Shown piece after piece: positions 8,662 through 19,500 of a stretch of DNA of 64,000 nucleotides; the stretch's first letter is position 1, and the number at the start of each line of letters is the position of its first letter. Both the position numbers and the translations under genes were made by a program. This DNA comes from a virus (taxonomy: Duplodnaviria > Caudoviricetes), in the IMG/VR virus record IMGVR_UViG_2898902220_000006, positions 20,854-84,853 of that record, one strand, 5' to 3'. The notes below the pieces were generated by a model, which worked only from the letters and a program-made list of their open reading frames with translations, was not told the origin of the DNA and searched no databases.

Positions 8662-9570
8662 TTGACTACTCAACTACAAGAAGCAAATACAAACGTAGTT
8701 ATCGGCAATTTCACGCAAAGGGAACTAGATACACTCAAAGCGACTGTTGCGAAAGGAACAACTAATGAACAATTCTCCTTGTTCGTTCAAACGTGCGTAA
8801 GTTCTGGATTAAACCCTTTTCTTAATCAAATATATTGCATCGTTTATAGAGGGCGTGACGGGGCAGTAATGAGTATGCAAATTGCTGTTGAGGGTATTGT
8901 TTCCCTAGCTAAAAGAAACCCACATTACAAGGGCTTTATAGCTTCTGAGGTTAAAGAACAAGATGAGTTTGAAATTAACGTAGCGGCAGGAGAAGTAACA
9001 CACAAAATCACAGCCATGCAACGTGGTAAAACGATCGGGGCCTATTGCGTAGCTTACCGTGAGGGGGCGCCGAACGTTGCGGTTGTAATAACCATAGACC
9101 AAATCGAACATTTAATTAAAGGTCGCAATAAAGATATGTGGCGCGATTACTTTGACGACATGATCGTAAAGCATGCAATGAAACGAGCGTTCAAACGTCA
9201 ATTCGGGATCGAAATTGCTGAAACTGAAAATGTTCCTTCTGAAACCTCTATCGAGAACATGCCCGAATATGAACCTACACAACGCGAAGTTGTGGTTGAG
9301 GTGAACGGTGAAGAAGTTAGAAATAAGAGTGAAAATGTACCTTCCTCTAATGCCGAAGATGAAGAAAGTCATATTAAGCGGATCAAGAAGGAATTAAAAC
9401 ATAAGTTTGAAGTGTTAGGTATTAGCGGAAAAGAAGAAATAAACGCATATATGCAACAGCATTGCCCAATCAAAGGAAATGCCCCTACTCTAGCAGAGCT
9501 AACGGGCCTACTAAAAATCATGGATAAGCACATTGCTGAAATGAACAGCAACGATGATGAACTGGAATAG
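8662..9570 (+). CDS. recT: RecT-family single-strand annealing protein
   Basis: GLNPFLNQIY, GA.GAY and M..KH..KRA.K motifs; lies between the ATPase and nuclease genes. Confidence 0.82.
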   Translation: MTTQLQEANTNVVIGNFTQRELDTLKATVAKGTTNEQFSLFVQTCVSSGLNPFLNQIYCIVYRGRDGAVMSMQIAVEGIVSLAKRNPHYKGFIASEVKEQDEFEINVAAGEVTHKITAMQRGKTIGAYCVAYREGAPNVAVVITIDQIEHLIKGRNKDMWRDYFDDMIVKHAMKRAFKRQFGIEIAETENVPSETSIENMPEYEPTQREVVVEVNGEEVRNKSENVPSSNAEDEESHIKRIKKELKHKFEVLGISGKEEINAYMQQHCPIKGNAPTLAELTGLLKIMDKHIAEMNSNDDELE

Positions 9571-9579
9571 GAGAAATCA

Positions 9580-10335
9580 ATGAAAGTCAAAATCCTTGCA
9601 TCCGGTTCAAATGGAAACTGCATAGCGATTCAATACGGTGATAAATGCATTCTTATTGATGCCGGAGTTGCCAAAACAAAGATAGAAAAGGCTCTACTAG
9701 AACAGGGCATCTACCCTACTAATGTACAAGCCATATTCATTACACACGCACATGGGGATCATGTAAAAGGTTTGCCATTTGCGAACAAGTACAAAATTCC
9801 AGTGTTCGCCACTTATGGCGAATGGAGAAGTATATCAAAAGTGGATATGGAGCTACAAAAACCAATAGAAACGATCTATGGGGCATACCAAGTAATTAAT
9901 ATACATGGGGCGAGTGTTTGCCCCTTCCCTACTCATCACGATGCATACGAGCCTGTAGGGTTCTCAATCATACATGACCAGATGAAAGTTAGTGTGTGCT
10001 TGGATACTGGCAAGGTGGATAAGGAAATGTTAGAAGCTATGAGAGATTCAGACATTTACATTATTGAGTCGAATCATGAACCAGAAATGGTTGAAGTAGG
10101 TCAATATCCTAGCAACGTAAAAGAACGTATCTTGTCAGACAATGGACATTTAAGCAACGAGCAAACAGCGAGGGCATTACAGCGATTAGTACAGGGGAAT
10201 GGTGAACATATCTATCTGGTGCATTTATCTAGTAAAAATAATTTGCCGTCTCTAGCAGAGCTAACAGTAAAACAATTTTTGAAGCAAAAGGGCCTAGTAA
10301 TAGGAGAACAATATAAAGTAGAGGTGATTTCATGA
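9580..10335 (+). CDS. MBL-fold metallo-hydrolase (nuclease)
   Basis: [25 protein letters not shown] and GHLSN motifs. Confidence 0.9.
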   Translation: MKVKILASGSNGNCIAIQYGDKCILIDAGVAKTKIEKALLEQGIYPTNVQAIFITHAHGDHVKGLPFANKYKIPVFATYGEWRSISKVDMELQKPIETIYGAYQVINIHGASVCPFPTHHDAYEPVGFSIIHDQMKVSVCLDTGKVDKEMLEAMRDSDIYIIESNHEPEMVEVGQYPSNVKERILSDNGHLSNEQTARALQRLVQGNGEHIYLVHLSSKNNLPSLAELTVKQFLKQKGLVIGEQYKVEVIS

Positions 10336-10748
10336 ATAAGGTATTTCTTATTGGACGACTTACTAAAGACCCTGAGTTGAGATATACGTCCAATGGTGTT
10401 GCAGTAGCTACATTTACCCTAGCCATTGATCGGAATTTTACTGGTACTGATGGGCGGAAAGAAGCGGATTTCATTGGGATTGTGGCTTGGAAGCAACTAG
10501 CCGATCTATGCGCTAACTATCTGGCTAAAGGTAGACAATGCGCCATTGACGGACGAATACAGACTAGAAGCTATGACAACAAGGAAGGCAAGAGAGTTTA
10601 TGTCACGGAGATTGTAGCAGAGCATGTGCAGTTTTTAGGGGGAAGCAAAGGCGAACAAGATAGACAGGGAACCGCAGCGCAACCAAGCGATCCATTTTAT
10701 AGCCCAGGTCAGAAAGTTCAAATAAAAGATGAAGATTTACCGTTCTAA
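10332..10748 (+). CDS. ssb: Single-stranded DNA-binding protein
   Basis: [18 protein letters not shown]; acidic DEDLPF tail. Confidence 0.95.
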   Translation: MNKVFLIGRLTKDPELRYTSNGVAVATFTLAIDRNFTGTDGRKEADFIGIVAWKQLADLCANYLAKGRQCAIDGRIQTRSYDNKEGKRVYVTEIVAEHVQFLGGSKGEQDRQGTAAQPSDPFYSPGQKVQIKDEDLPF

Positions 10749-10773
10749 TAAAAATTATGGGAGATGTTTATAT

Positions 10774-11250
10774 ATGAGAATTCCGATAGATTGTAGAGCA
10801 TTACAAAGTGAAATCAATAGACTTTCTGACAAGGTAAAAACTCTTACACAGGAAAAAGAATTGCTACAAGGTGAGATTAACAACCTAACTCTTTCTAAAA
10901 AATTAAAATTGCCACGCGAGGTTGCAGAAGCGATTGAGCAGGAGTTCGGGAAAGCATCAAATGATAAAAAACAATGGGGATTTTTCAACATCGTTGTTTG
11001 CCGACCAATAAGCTTAAATCACAATGCACGGATCATAAAAAGTTATTTTCATCCTGATAAATATATCGACCTTGCAACTGCTCTAGTAGCAGGCTATACG
11101 ATCGAAGAAACCAAGGAAGAACGGATAAAACGTGGGATACAAGCAATTTATAACCAATGGACTAGAGAACCATCTATCAATGATGAAGAAGACGGAAAGG
11201 ACTTAGGTCAACGAGTCTATACTCTGGTAAAAAGGGAATTGAATCTATAA
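10774..11250 (+). CDS. Phage protein, DUF1642-like
   Basis: LPREVAEAIE...ALVAGYTIE pattern; start moved to the ATG at 10774. Confidence 0.55.
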   Translation: MRIPIDCRALQSEINRLSDKVKTLTQEKELLQGEINNLTLSKKLKLPREVAEAIEQEFGKASNDKKQWGFFNIVVCRPISLNHNARIIKSYFHPDKYIDLATALVAGYTIEETKEERIKRGIQAIYNQWTREPSINDEEDGKDLGQRVYTLVKRELNL

Positions 11251-11262
11251 GTTGGTGGTTTA

Positions 11263-12042
11263 ATGTCTACCCAATTAGAAGATGGTTTTACAAGAATTGC
11301 AAATAAAATACTTGAAGATATTAGTAAGATCAGTTTGAACGGCACTCAATTTAGAATTGTTCTCACGGTGTGGAGATTTACCTACGGCTTTCAGAGAAAG
11401 GAACACGAGTTATCAATAGCTTTCTTAGTGAAATCTACAGAAATTGCTAGGGGACAGATTGACCGTGAGCTTACCGCACTGATTGAACGCAAAATATTAA
11501 CAGTCGTTCGAACTGGTCGAAGGGGGTCAAGAGTGATTATGTTTAACAAAAATCGTGAGGAATGGAATGACCGTCCTCCAATCCGAGGACTGTCCTCTAA
11601 AACGAGGACGGAACTGTCCGCTAATTCGAGGACACTACTGTCCTCTAAAACGAGGAACAAGAAAGAAAGTATTAAAGAAAAAGATAAAGATAATATGTCG
11701 TGTTATGAAGAAATCATTTCTTATCTTAACGAAAAAGCTGGTAAAAGATTTTCTCATAAATCACCTGCAAATAGAAAATTAATCAATGGCAGACTAGCTG
11801 AAGATCGTACAATTGATGATTTTAAATATGTGATTGATGTTAAGTGCAATCATTGGCTAGGTAATCCAGAAATGGAGGACTATTTACGACCAGCTACTTT
11901 GTTTGCCCAAAAGAACTTTGAAAACTATTTAAACCAGAAGGTAAAACAACAAGTCGTTAAACAAGACCCTCGAGACAAAGAAACGGATTTCCAAAGATGG
12001 GTACAAGGAGGTAATGATCCTGATGAATTTGATTGGTCATGA
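11263..12042 (+). CDS. Phage replication initiator (lambda O-like N-terminus, conserved phage C-terminal domain)
   Basis: LEDGFTRIAN.ILE; YLRPATLF...FENYLN; internal iterons. Confidence 0.88.
   Translation: MSTQLEDGFTRIANKILEDISKISLNGTQFRIVLTVWRFTYGFQRKEHELSIAFLVKSTEIARGQIDRELTALIERKILTVVRTGRRGSRVIMFNKNREEWNDRPPIRGLSSKTRTELSANSRTLLSSKTRNKKESIKEKDKDNMSCYEEIISYLNEKAGKRFSHKSPANRKLINGRLAEDRTIDDFKYVIDVKCNHWLGNPEMEDYLRPATLFAQKNFENYLNQKVKQQVVKQDPRDKETDFQRWVQGGNDPDEFDWS
11573..11657. repeat. Four 18-bp iteron-like repeats (probable origin of prophage 1)
   Basis: GTCCTCCAATCCGAGGAC (11573), GTCCTCTAAAACGAGGAC (11592), GTCCGCTAATTCGAGGAC (11616), GTCCTCTAAAACGAGGAA (11640). Confidence 0.8.
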
Positions 12043-13354
12043 TACTAATATCGACATGATGGCGGAACAAAGTGTACTGGGTGCTGTGCTGTTAAAGCAA
12101 AGTGTTTTAGATAAAATAACTTTCCTAGAACCCCGGGATTTTTCAATAGACAGCCACCAAAAACTATTTGAAGTTATGCGGTATATGGATTCAAACAGTA
12201 TTCCAATTGATATCGTGACTGTCACAACTGAATATCTCAATTTAAATAGACTAGCAGACCCTAGCTTTGTAACGTATATCACAGAGCTTGCAGGGGCTTG
12301 CCCTACTGCTTCAAACGTAAAACACTACGCAAAGCTCCTTAAATCAAAATCGATCCGTAGAAGAGGTACAGAAGCATTGTATGAGGCTTCCAAACTTTCG
12401 GAAAAAAACTTTGAATCGGATGAAGAATACTACTCAGCAATAGAGGCGGCAGTTTCTAACCTTAGACCAAGTAATACAGGTAAGATGCAACATGTAAAAG
12501 ATTTTCGAGATGAATATTTTGAGCATTTGAACAAGGAACCTGACTCTTTGAAAACTGGATTCATAGGATTTGATGATTGGGCAGGCGGTGTACGTAGAGG
12601 ATGGTTGTACGTTCTTGCAGGTCGACCGTCCGCAGGTAAAACAGCTAAGTTGTTACAGATGTTGCAGAACATAGCGGAACAGAAAAAAGGTGCTGTTTTT
12701 CTTTGGTCGCAAGAAATGGGACGTACTCAAATTATGGACAGGCTAGTTTCAAGTACATGTGAAATTAACTTCAAACGTTTCATAAGCAAAAAGTTTGAAC
12801 CGGGTGATATAGAGAAAATAAATCTAGCTTACAATTACCTAGAAAAACTACCAATTTACGTAGAAGATAGTTCGGGTGTAACGATCGACGAAGTGCATTC
12901 AATCGCTAAGAATTTTGTTAGAAAAGGCGGTAAGCTTGCGGCTGTTGCGGTTGATTACCTTCAAATCATGTCCATTCCTCAGAAAAATGGCGAACGTAGA
13001 GATCAAGCAATTGGACGTGTGACGACAACGGCAAAACGGATAGCAAGGGAGCTAGATTGTTGCTTTATCATGCTATCGCAAATGACAAGGGACTCTGAAA
13101 ATGCCGCCAAGCCGCAACTATCGCATTTGAAAGAATCTAGCAGTATTGAGCAAGATGCTGACGTTGTAGAGTTCCTATGGCACGATTCAAATGATGTAGA
13201 CACGGGCGGTAAGGTCATACAGTCATTCATCGCAAAAGGACGGGATACGGGCATAAACGACTTTAGACTCTTGTTCAAAGGATGGATTCAGCGGTTCTCA
13301 TGGCTTCCTAACTTAACAGGGGGCGGAAATCATGGAAAGAAAAATAAAAAATGA
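12014..13354 (+). CDS. DnaB-like replicative helicase
   Basis: AEQSVLGAVL, AGRPSAGKT Walker A, VDYLQIM, LSQ.TR, LKESSSIEQDADVV. Confidence 0.93.
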   Translation: MILMNLIGHDTNIDMMAEQSVLGAVLLKQSVLDKITFLEPRDFSIDSHQKLFEVMRYMDSNSIPIDIVTVTTEYLNLNRLADPSFVTYITELAGACPTASNVKHYAKLLKSKSIRRRGTEALYEASKLSEKNFESDEEYYSAIEAAVSNLRPSNTGKMQHVKDFRDEYFEHLNKEPDSLKTGFIGFDDWAGGVRRGWLYVLAGRPSAGKTAKLLQMLQNIAEQKKGAVFLWSQEMGRTQIMDRLVSSTCEINFKRFISKKFEPGDIEKINLAYNYLEKLPIYVEDSSGVTIDEVHSIAKNFVRKGGKLAAVAVDYLQIMSIPQKNGERRDQAIGRVTTTAKRIARELDCCFIMLSQMTRDSENAAKPQLSHLKESSSIEQDADVVEFLWHDSNDVDTGGKVIQSFIAKGRDTGINDFRLLFKGWIQRFSWLPNLTGGGNHGKKNKK

Positions 13355-13743
13355 TGAGCAGTTTATGAAATCAGTAGAATGGCTAGTAGAAAAAGCGTAT
13401 CAAATAGAACACCCCCTAATGGATGAGAAGACAAAAGTCGAGCTGATTGCCAAGTACGACTATGTAAGTGAGAGGGTTATCGAATATCGGAAACGCGACC
13501 TAGATAAGCTGCTTTATCCAACAGAGAAAGTACAGAAAGTGAATTTATCCGATTGGTTAAATGAATAGGAGGAATAACGTGTCTGTAAGTTCCAAAAAGG
13601 CCCATAAACCTAGAAAAAATCATCCGTGGCGAAATGATTTAATGATTCACAAAAAAGTAAGTGACTTTGTTACTCTTTCAAATTCAGTTGGCAGAACGAA
13701 TATAAATGCTATAGGTGGCGGTAGACCATCTTATATGAAATAA
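13332..13743 (+). CDS. Two small hypothetical phage proteins (13332-13568; 13561-13743)
   Basis: Overlapping, co-oriented ORFs within the early operon. Confidence 0.6.
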
Positions 13744-13825
13744 GAGATAGCCACTAATAAGGGCGTAGCTAAAAAAAATGTTCAATAATATTTGAACTAT
13801 AATACAAAATATAGGAGATAAGATA

Positions 13826-14353
13826 ATGAGATTTGTTGGAATTGACCCATCAACAAAGACCGGATTAGTTGCTTTAGATGAGCAAGGAAAAGTATTACGA
13901 GCCAAGGAGATTACTGGGGCTGGAAGTAAAGACCCTTACCGTATGCGTACCATGATTGAAGATGTAATGTGCCACATTCACCCGTGCGACTTGATCTGCA
14001 TAGAGGGATTCGGGTACGCCTCACAGCAAGCCGTACAGAACGGTGGGATTGGTTGGGGAATCCGAATGGCACTTGATAAACATGGAATTGACTATAAAGA
14101 CGTAGCTCCTAATACCGTCAAAAGTTTTGTCGGCGTTACGGGATGGACTGGAGAAAAAGGCAGTAAAGTCCGTTTGCAAGGTAAGGCAAAAAAAGATGCG
14201 GTTGCTGTAGCTGTCGAGGAAATGTTCGGATATAGTCATGCAAGTGATAACGTCATTGACGCTTATGTATTAGCCAGAATTGCCCTTCATCAATATCGGG
14301 AGTCCGTAAGAAAGTACAACCTACGCCTTTTAAATAAAAAATATACCAACTAA
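13826..14353 (+). CDS. RuvC-like Holliday junction resolvase
   Basis: FVGIDPS.KTG, IEGFGY and N..DAY.LARI catalytic pattern. Confidence 0.82.
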   Translation: MRFVGIDPSTKTGLVALDEQGKVLRAKEITGAGSKDPYRMRTMIEDVMCHIHPCDLICIEGFGYASQQAVQNGGIGWGIRMALDKHGIDYKDVAPNTVKSFVGVTGWTGEKGSKVRLQGKAKKDAVAVAVEEMFGYSHASDNVIDAYVLARIALHQYRESVRKYNLRLLNKKYTN

Positions 14354-14367
14354 GGAGAGAACAATAT

Positions 14368-14778
14368 ATGAAAACATTAGTTAAAGCTACATTCCTTGAT
14401 TTTAATGCAGGTTCAAAAAAGGACATTTTGAAATTTGAGATTAAAGGCGATCTTACAGATGCACAAATTGTCAATTTGCATAAATTAAAAGGCAATATTG
14501 TGTTCCTGAATATTTCAAGCGACCAGCTCGATATTTACGATTACGACAGTGAATCAAACGTACATGAAGGCATTTGGTACAACGTAGAATCAGGCGGAAA
14601 TGTTGAGGTAACAGAAGATCAATTGACCATTGAAGACGTTCCTACTCCAGTAGATGAGTTTAACAAGGCAAAAGAAGCTCATGACAATGAAGAAAAGGAA
14701 CCGCTAGAAGAGACGGAACAAGAAGAATCTAACGTAGATTCTACAAATAATGAAAATGACGATGATTTACCATTCTAA
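14368..14778 (+). CDS. Hypothetical acidic phage protein ending DDDLPF
   Basis: RBS AAGGAG; acidic SSB-like tail. Confidence 0.7.
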   Translation: MKTLVKATFLDFNAGSKKDILKFEIKGDLTDAQIVNLHKLKGNIVFLNISSDQLDIYDYDSESNVHEGIWYNVESGGNVEVTEDQLTIEDVPTPVDEFNKAKEAHDNEEKEPLEETEQEESNVDSTNNENDDDLPF

Positions 14779-14844
14779 ATTGTTCATGGCCCCTGCTACT
14801 AACAGGGGCAAAATCTTTCAATCCAGGTATTAAGGGGAGATACG

Positions 14845-15300
14845 ATGCAGATGAGCTTTTTTGCAGAAATAGACCAGAAAGAAACTCATAGGGCTGTAGA
14901 GTCTGCATTTGAACAATATCGGTTAAATAAATATTTGATGTTTGAAGAGCGAGAAGCAAGTACAACAGCGGGATATACAGAAAGGTTTCATGGGCCAACG
15001 AATGTAACCAGCGATCAAACTGCTTCTATAGCAATACACAATGTTGATACTCTGAACGCAAGAAAGGCTTATTGTAGTTTAGTGGAACGTGCAGTAAATA
15101 ACTTGCCACGTAAGGAACGTTATTTAATAGAAGAAAGGTACATGTGTAGAGAAGCAGAGTATATCACTGACTACAATGTATATAATTTTAAGTTTGATCC
15201 ACCCATTAGTAAGGACACCTACAGAAAAATTCGAAAGAAAGCATTTCGCAAACTAGCTATGGTATTAAATATCCAAGTCGAAAAAAGTTCTTCATTATAA
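14845..15300 (+). CDS. ArpU-family late-gene transcriptional regulator
   Basis: S..TA.Y...HG.TN..SDQTA; LI..RY...Y..D..VY; Y..IR.KAF..LA motifs. Confidence 0.85.
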   Translation: MQMSFFAEIDQKETHRAVESAFEQYRLNKYLMFEEREASTTAGYTERFHGPTNVTSDQTASIAIHNVDTLNARKAYCSLVERAVNNLPRKERYLIEERYMCREAEYITDYNVYNFKFDPPISKDTYRKIRKKAFRKLAMVLNIQVEKSSSL

Positions 15301-15359
15301 CGGTTAAGTCTAGAAGGCGATTTGAATAAAATATACAACTAGAAAAAAGGGGGAGTTAG

Positions 15360-15563
15360 ATGCATTCTGTTAAGTCAGAAAATCCAGCAGTTTTAAAAGA
15401 CATTAGAGAACGGGTTACGCTATGGATTGATGGTAAACATGGCAGAATTGGCATTATAGCCCCTAAAGAAAAACCAACACGCAAAGAATGGATTGAACTA
15501 CATAGGGAAATAGCAAGCATAATAGTTCAATCAGCCAAGAGAAAAAATGAGGCCTCCGAATAG
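15360..15563 (+). CDS. Hypothetical protein, last phage gene before the att junction
   Basis: RBS GGGGGAG; followed by a terminator. Confidence 0.65.
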   Translation: MHSVKSENPAVLKDIRERVTLWIDGKHGRIGIIAPKEKPTRKEWIELHREIASIIVQSAKRKNEASE

Positions 15564-15579
15564 GGGCCTCTTCTTTTTT
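15549..15579 (+). terminator. Intrinsic terminator at the right end of prophage 1
   Basis: GAGGCC...GGCCTC hairpin plus T tract. Confidence 0.75.
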
Positions 15580-15632
15580 GTTCAGTATATTTATATCGCA
15601 AGAAATGCATGACTATAGGATTTTTATTTTAG

Positions 15633-16688
15633 GTGTATGAGATAATAACGGATGAGCTTATAATTGCTCATACAAACGAAACGGAATACAAAACCTTTAT
15701 CGGAAATAAAAAGAATGAAGCATTACAGTCTAGAATGATTGTCATGCCAGTTCCTTACAATCTGCGGGTAGCAGAAGAAGAAAAGATTTATGATAAATTA
15801 ATTAAGCAATCTGATTTAGGCCATGTTCATATTGCTCCACATGCGCTATATACGGCGGCCATTTTTTCTATTTTAACCCGTTTAAAAGAGTCCAAGAAAC
15901 AAGGCGCTGATCTATTAAAGAAATTACGTTTGTATAATGGTGAATCGGTTGAAGGCTTCAAAGGCTCTGACATCGAGGAATTACGTAATGAGCATGTGGA
16001 TGAGGGAATGTCTGGAATTGATCCTCGTTATGTCATAAACCGGATTTCCAGTGCACTCATTCGTCGTGATACTGAGTCTATTAATGCCTTGGATATTTTG
16101 CGGGCATTAAAAGAAGGGCTCGATCAGCATGCTTCCATTAGCAAGGAACAGCGAGAGCGTTACTTAAATTTCATCTCTATCGCACGTAAAGAGTACGATG
16201 AGATTGCGAAAAAAGAAGTTCAGAAGGCTTTTGTGTACAGCTATGAGGAATCAGCTAAAACCATGATGGATAATTATCTGGATAATGTTGAGGCGTATTG
16301 CAACTCTAACCGCTTACGTGATCCAGTAACAGGTGAAGAATTGGAACCAGATGAACGTCTCATGCGGTCTATTGAAGAGCAGATTGGTATTTCCGAAAAT
16401 GCCAAACGTGCATTCCGTGAAGAGATTCTTATTCGAATATCAGCTTATGCGCGTAAAGGTAAACGTTTTGACTACAACACGCATGATCGTCTGCGGGAAG
16501 CGATTGAGAAAAAATTATTTGCAGATTTAAAAGATGTGGTTAAAATAACAACCTCCACGAAAACACCAGATGAGCATCAATTGAAGAAAGTGAATGAAGT
16601 GACACGTCGTTTGGTTGAAGAACACGGATATACGCCAATTTCAGCAAATGAACTGCTGCGTTATGTGGGTAGTTTGCTGAATCGATAG
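15633..16688 (+). pseudogene. prkA: 3' part of the split sporulation gene prkA (YeaG family)
   Basis: DELIIAHTNETEY...NKKNEALQSRMIVMPVPYNL, EGMSGIDPRYVINRISSAL and [12 protein letters not shown] are PrkA-like; the N-terminal ATPase part is missing and the first codons (VYEIIT) come from the phage side. Confidence 0.88.
15634..15674. other. Putative attR of prophage 1 inside prkA
   Basis: TGTATGAG / CTCATACA 8-bp inverted repeats centred at 15654 (GATGA), where similarity to PrkA (DELI.AHTNE) begins. Confidence 0.6.
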
Positions 16689-16696
16689 GAGGGGGA

Positions 16697-17761
16697 ATGA
16701 TGAACGACTCCTCGTTTATCGTCTCCAAAGAAGACTGGTCTCTGCATCGCAAAGGTCATCAGGACCAGAGCAGACATCAGGAAAAGGTAAAAGAGGCGAT
16801 CAAGAAAAACCTGTCTGATTTAGTAAGTGAAGAAAACATCATTATGTCTAATGGGCGAGAAATTATTAAAATACCAATCAGATCGCTGGATGAGTATCGC
16901 TTCCGTTACAATTTTAATAAAGGCCAGCATACAGGCCAAGGTCAAGGGAATTCCAAGATAGGAGATGTGGTAGCTAAAGACGGTGAACCGGCTGATGCTA
17001 CTGCGGGCCAAGGTCAAGGAGCTGGCGATCAACCTGGTAACGATTATTATGAAGCGGAGATTACAGTAGAAGAGTTGCAGGAAATGCTGTTTGCTGAGTT
17101 GGAGTTGCCTAATCTCCAAACGAAAGACGAACAGAAAATTACCATAGAAGATATTCAGTTTAATGATGTTCGGAAAAAAGGTTTAATGGGTAACATTGAT
17201 AAAAAGCGTACCTTGATGTCTGCAATTCGCCGAAATGCACTAGCTGGGTATGACGATCTGGAGCTAGGTATCTCTATGGATGACTTGCGATTTAAAACAT
17301 GGGAAGAGATTGTGAAGCCACATTCCAATGCCGTAATTTTGGCAATGATGGATACGAGTGGATCTATGGGAGTTTTTGAAAAATACGTAGCCCGCAGCTT
17401 TTTCTTTTGGATGCTTCGCTTTTTGCGTACCAAGTATGAAAAGGTGGAGATCGCCTTCATCGCGCATCATACGGAAGCGAAGGAAGTGACGGAGGATGCG
17501 TTCTTTTCTAAAGGAGAGAGCGGCGGAACCATCTGCTCATCTGCCTATCGAAAAGCTTTGGAAATTATCGACGCACGATATCCGGTAAGCCAATACAATA
17601 TTTATCCGTTTCATTTTTCCGATGGGGATAACCTGACTTCGGATAATGAACGGTGCGTGAAATTGGTGAAAGAATTGATGGAGAGGTCTAATATGTTTGG
17701 GTATGGTGAAGTGAATCAGTATAACTCACTGTTGTATACACAAAACGGTTCCACTATGTAG
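16697..17761 (+). pseudogene. yhbH: 5' part of the split sporulation gene yhbH (YeaH/UPF0229 family)
   Basis: [37 protein letters not shown] and FHFSDGDN motifs; after GYGEVNQYN the frame runs into non-family sequence and meets the integrase stop. Confidence 0.9.
17696..17744. other. Putative attL of prophage 2 inside yhbH
   Basis: 49-bp imperfect palindrome centred at 17720: TTTGGGTAT/ATACACAAA (8 of 9 pair) and AGTGA/TCACT. Confidence 0.7.
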
Positions 17762-19328
17762 GGAACCGTAAGATAATTTCAATTTCAAATTGCTCTGGTT
17801 TCTTCCACTCTTTCTTGCGAATATAGATTACCTTCTCAATAATGGTTTTGAGGAGGTTATTTTTTTGCTCTGGATCATCTAAGGATTTGTAAGCTTGAAT
17901 AACCTTGTGAATTTTAGGGATAACCTGAGCTTGCATTTTAAGTCGGCTTTTCAATTGATTGATTTCGTTCTGAGACTTTTCTATTTCTGCCTCAAGTTGT
18001 TTTATCTTATCAGAGATGGTTTTATGTCGTTGTAAGAATAACTCTTCTGTATAAATTTTTCTTTCTAACATTTCGAATGTTGTTTCTCTCATACTGTGTT
18101 GCTCTTTCAATTCGGTAGTAGCTTTTTGAATATAATTAGTTAGTGCTGACATACGTTCTTCATTCTTATCTTTTCGTTTATTACGACTACTCAGTTCTGT
18201 TTGTGTCATTTCTTTTTGTTCCACTAACTCTTCTAAGCCAGCTATGATTTTTTCTTCAACCAAGTAAGTTACAATACCTTTCTGTATTGTCTTACATGCA
18301 ACATTGGTACATCTTATTTGGGGATTAGGTCTTTCAGGATTAACAAGCTGTGCTAATGTGCGCCCGCATACTCCACATCTTGCGATACCAGCAAGAGGAT
18401 TAGATACAGATGAGCCTTCTTTTCTAGAGACTCGAAAACGCCCTGTGTGAGCTTCATTAGCTTTAATAAATAATTCCTGACTAACTATTGGTTCATGCGC
18501 ATTGTCATGTCTAGTCCATAATTCTGGGGGGAGTCTTTTAGTGACTCTTTTTCCGTTACGTTTCGTATGTTTCTTCCTGCCCCATACAATGTGACCGATA
18601 TAGACTTCATTTTTAACTAAATAACTTATGGTAGAGTGTTCCCAGATATCTCTTTTCGAGGGAGCCTTATACCCTGCCTGCATAAGATACTCTATGACTT
18701 TAAAACGTCCATATCCTTCAGCCAGTAGCTCGAAGATTTTTTTAACAACTGGAGCTTCTTCGGGATGAGGATAGAGCTTTAGGTTTTCGTCTCTTAAATA
18801 TCCATAAGGGGGGGTTTTAGCGATATGTCGACCATCTTTTACTGCACGCCGCCGACCACCTTGCAAACGCTTATTAATCTGTTTTAACTCTTCACGAGCG
18901 ATGATAGACTTCACACCAAACAATAGTTCTGCACCTTCGGCGTTGCAGTCGATCACTTCTGAGGGGGTAATAATCAGTGTTTCAGAATATTTAAAAGCTC
19001 TGAATATCGTTCCTGCATCGATCATATCTCCACGCCCAAGACGATCTAAGTCCATCACTATTACGCCATCGCATTCTCCATCTTCAACGTTACGCAGCAT
19101 CTCTTGTGCTTCTGGTCTTTCCGATAGAAACTCACCTGATACAATTTCCTCAAAGATTTTTATAACATTATGCTGCTCTCTTCGTACAAGCTCCATTAGC
19201 TCACGTTTGTGCTTATCAAGAGTATCGAAGGGGATGCCAGTTTCAAGGGCCTTTTTTTCTTCTTCGATGTCTTTTCGGCTTTTGCGTAGATGGATAATCA
19301 CGTCAAGGTTTGTAGGTCTACTCATCAA
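17754..19328 (-). CDS. Large serine recombinase (integrase)
   Basis: HLRKSR catalytic Ser motif, [13 protein letters not shown] recombinase domain, CGVCG...C...C zinc ribbon, coiled coil. Confidence 0.95.
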   Translation of the reverse strand: MMSRPTNLDVIIHLRKSRKDIEEEKKALETGIPFDTLDKHKRELMELVRREQHNVIKIFEEIVSGEFLSERPEAQEMLRNVEDGECDGVIVMDLDRLGRGDMIDAGTIFRAFKYSETLIITPSEVIDCNAEGAELLFGVKSIIAREELKQINKRLQGGRRRAVKDGRHIAKTPPYGYLRDENLKLYPHPEEAPVVKKIFELLAEGYGRFKVIEYLMQAGYKAPSKRDIWEHSTISYLVKNEVYIGHIVWGRKKHTKRNGKRVTKRLPPELWTRHDNAHEPIVSQELFIKANEAHTGRFRVSRKEGSSVSNPLAGIARCGVCGRTLAQLVNPERPNPQIRCTNVACKTIQKGIVTYLVEEKIIAGLEELVEQKEMTQTELSSRNKRKDKNEERMSALTNYIQKATTELKEQHSMRETTFEMLERKIYTEELFLQRHKTISDKIKQLEAEIEKSQNEINQLKSRLKMQAQVIPKIHKVIQAYKSLDDPEQKNNLLKTIIEKVIYIRKKEWKKPEQFEIEIILRFPT

Positions 19329-19500
19329 ATCACCTCACCATCGATTATACACAAGTTTTGAAATGTACACATTGTGGGTTGAACGAAAGTAGAGAATAGT
19401 AAAATTTTTCATGTTATAATAACCAAGTACAATAGAATCGGCTCTCTCAATGGCGATCCTGGCTCATCCCCATGTCACAAATAGCAAGGGGGTGACGCTC

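Larger units (their letters stand above)
1..15654. mobile_element. Prophage 1, right portion (lysis, accessory, immunity, replication, ArpU), ending at an att-like junction inside prkA
   Basis: Holin and GH25 lysin, then repressor/Cro pair, Rha, RecT, SSB, initiator, DnaB, RuvC-like and ArpU genes; abrupt switch to host prkA sequence near 15650. Left end is outside the window. Confidence 0.85.

Noticed and set aside
18901-19392. 163-aa plus-strand ORF
   Set aside because: Antisense shadow of the integrase.
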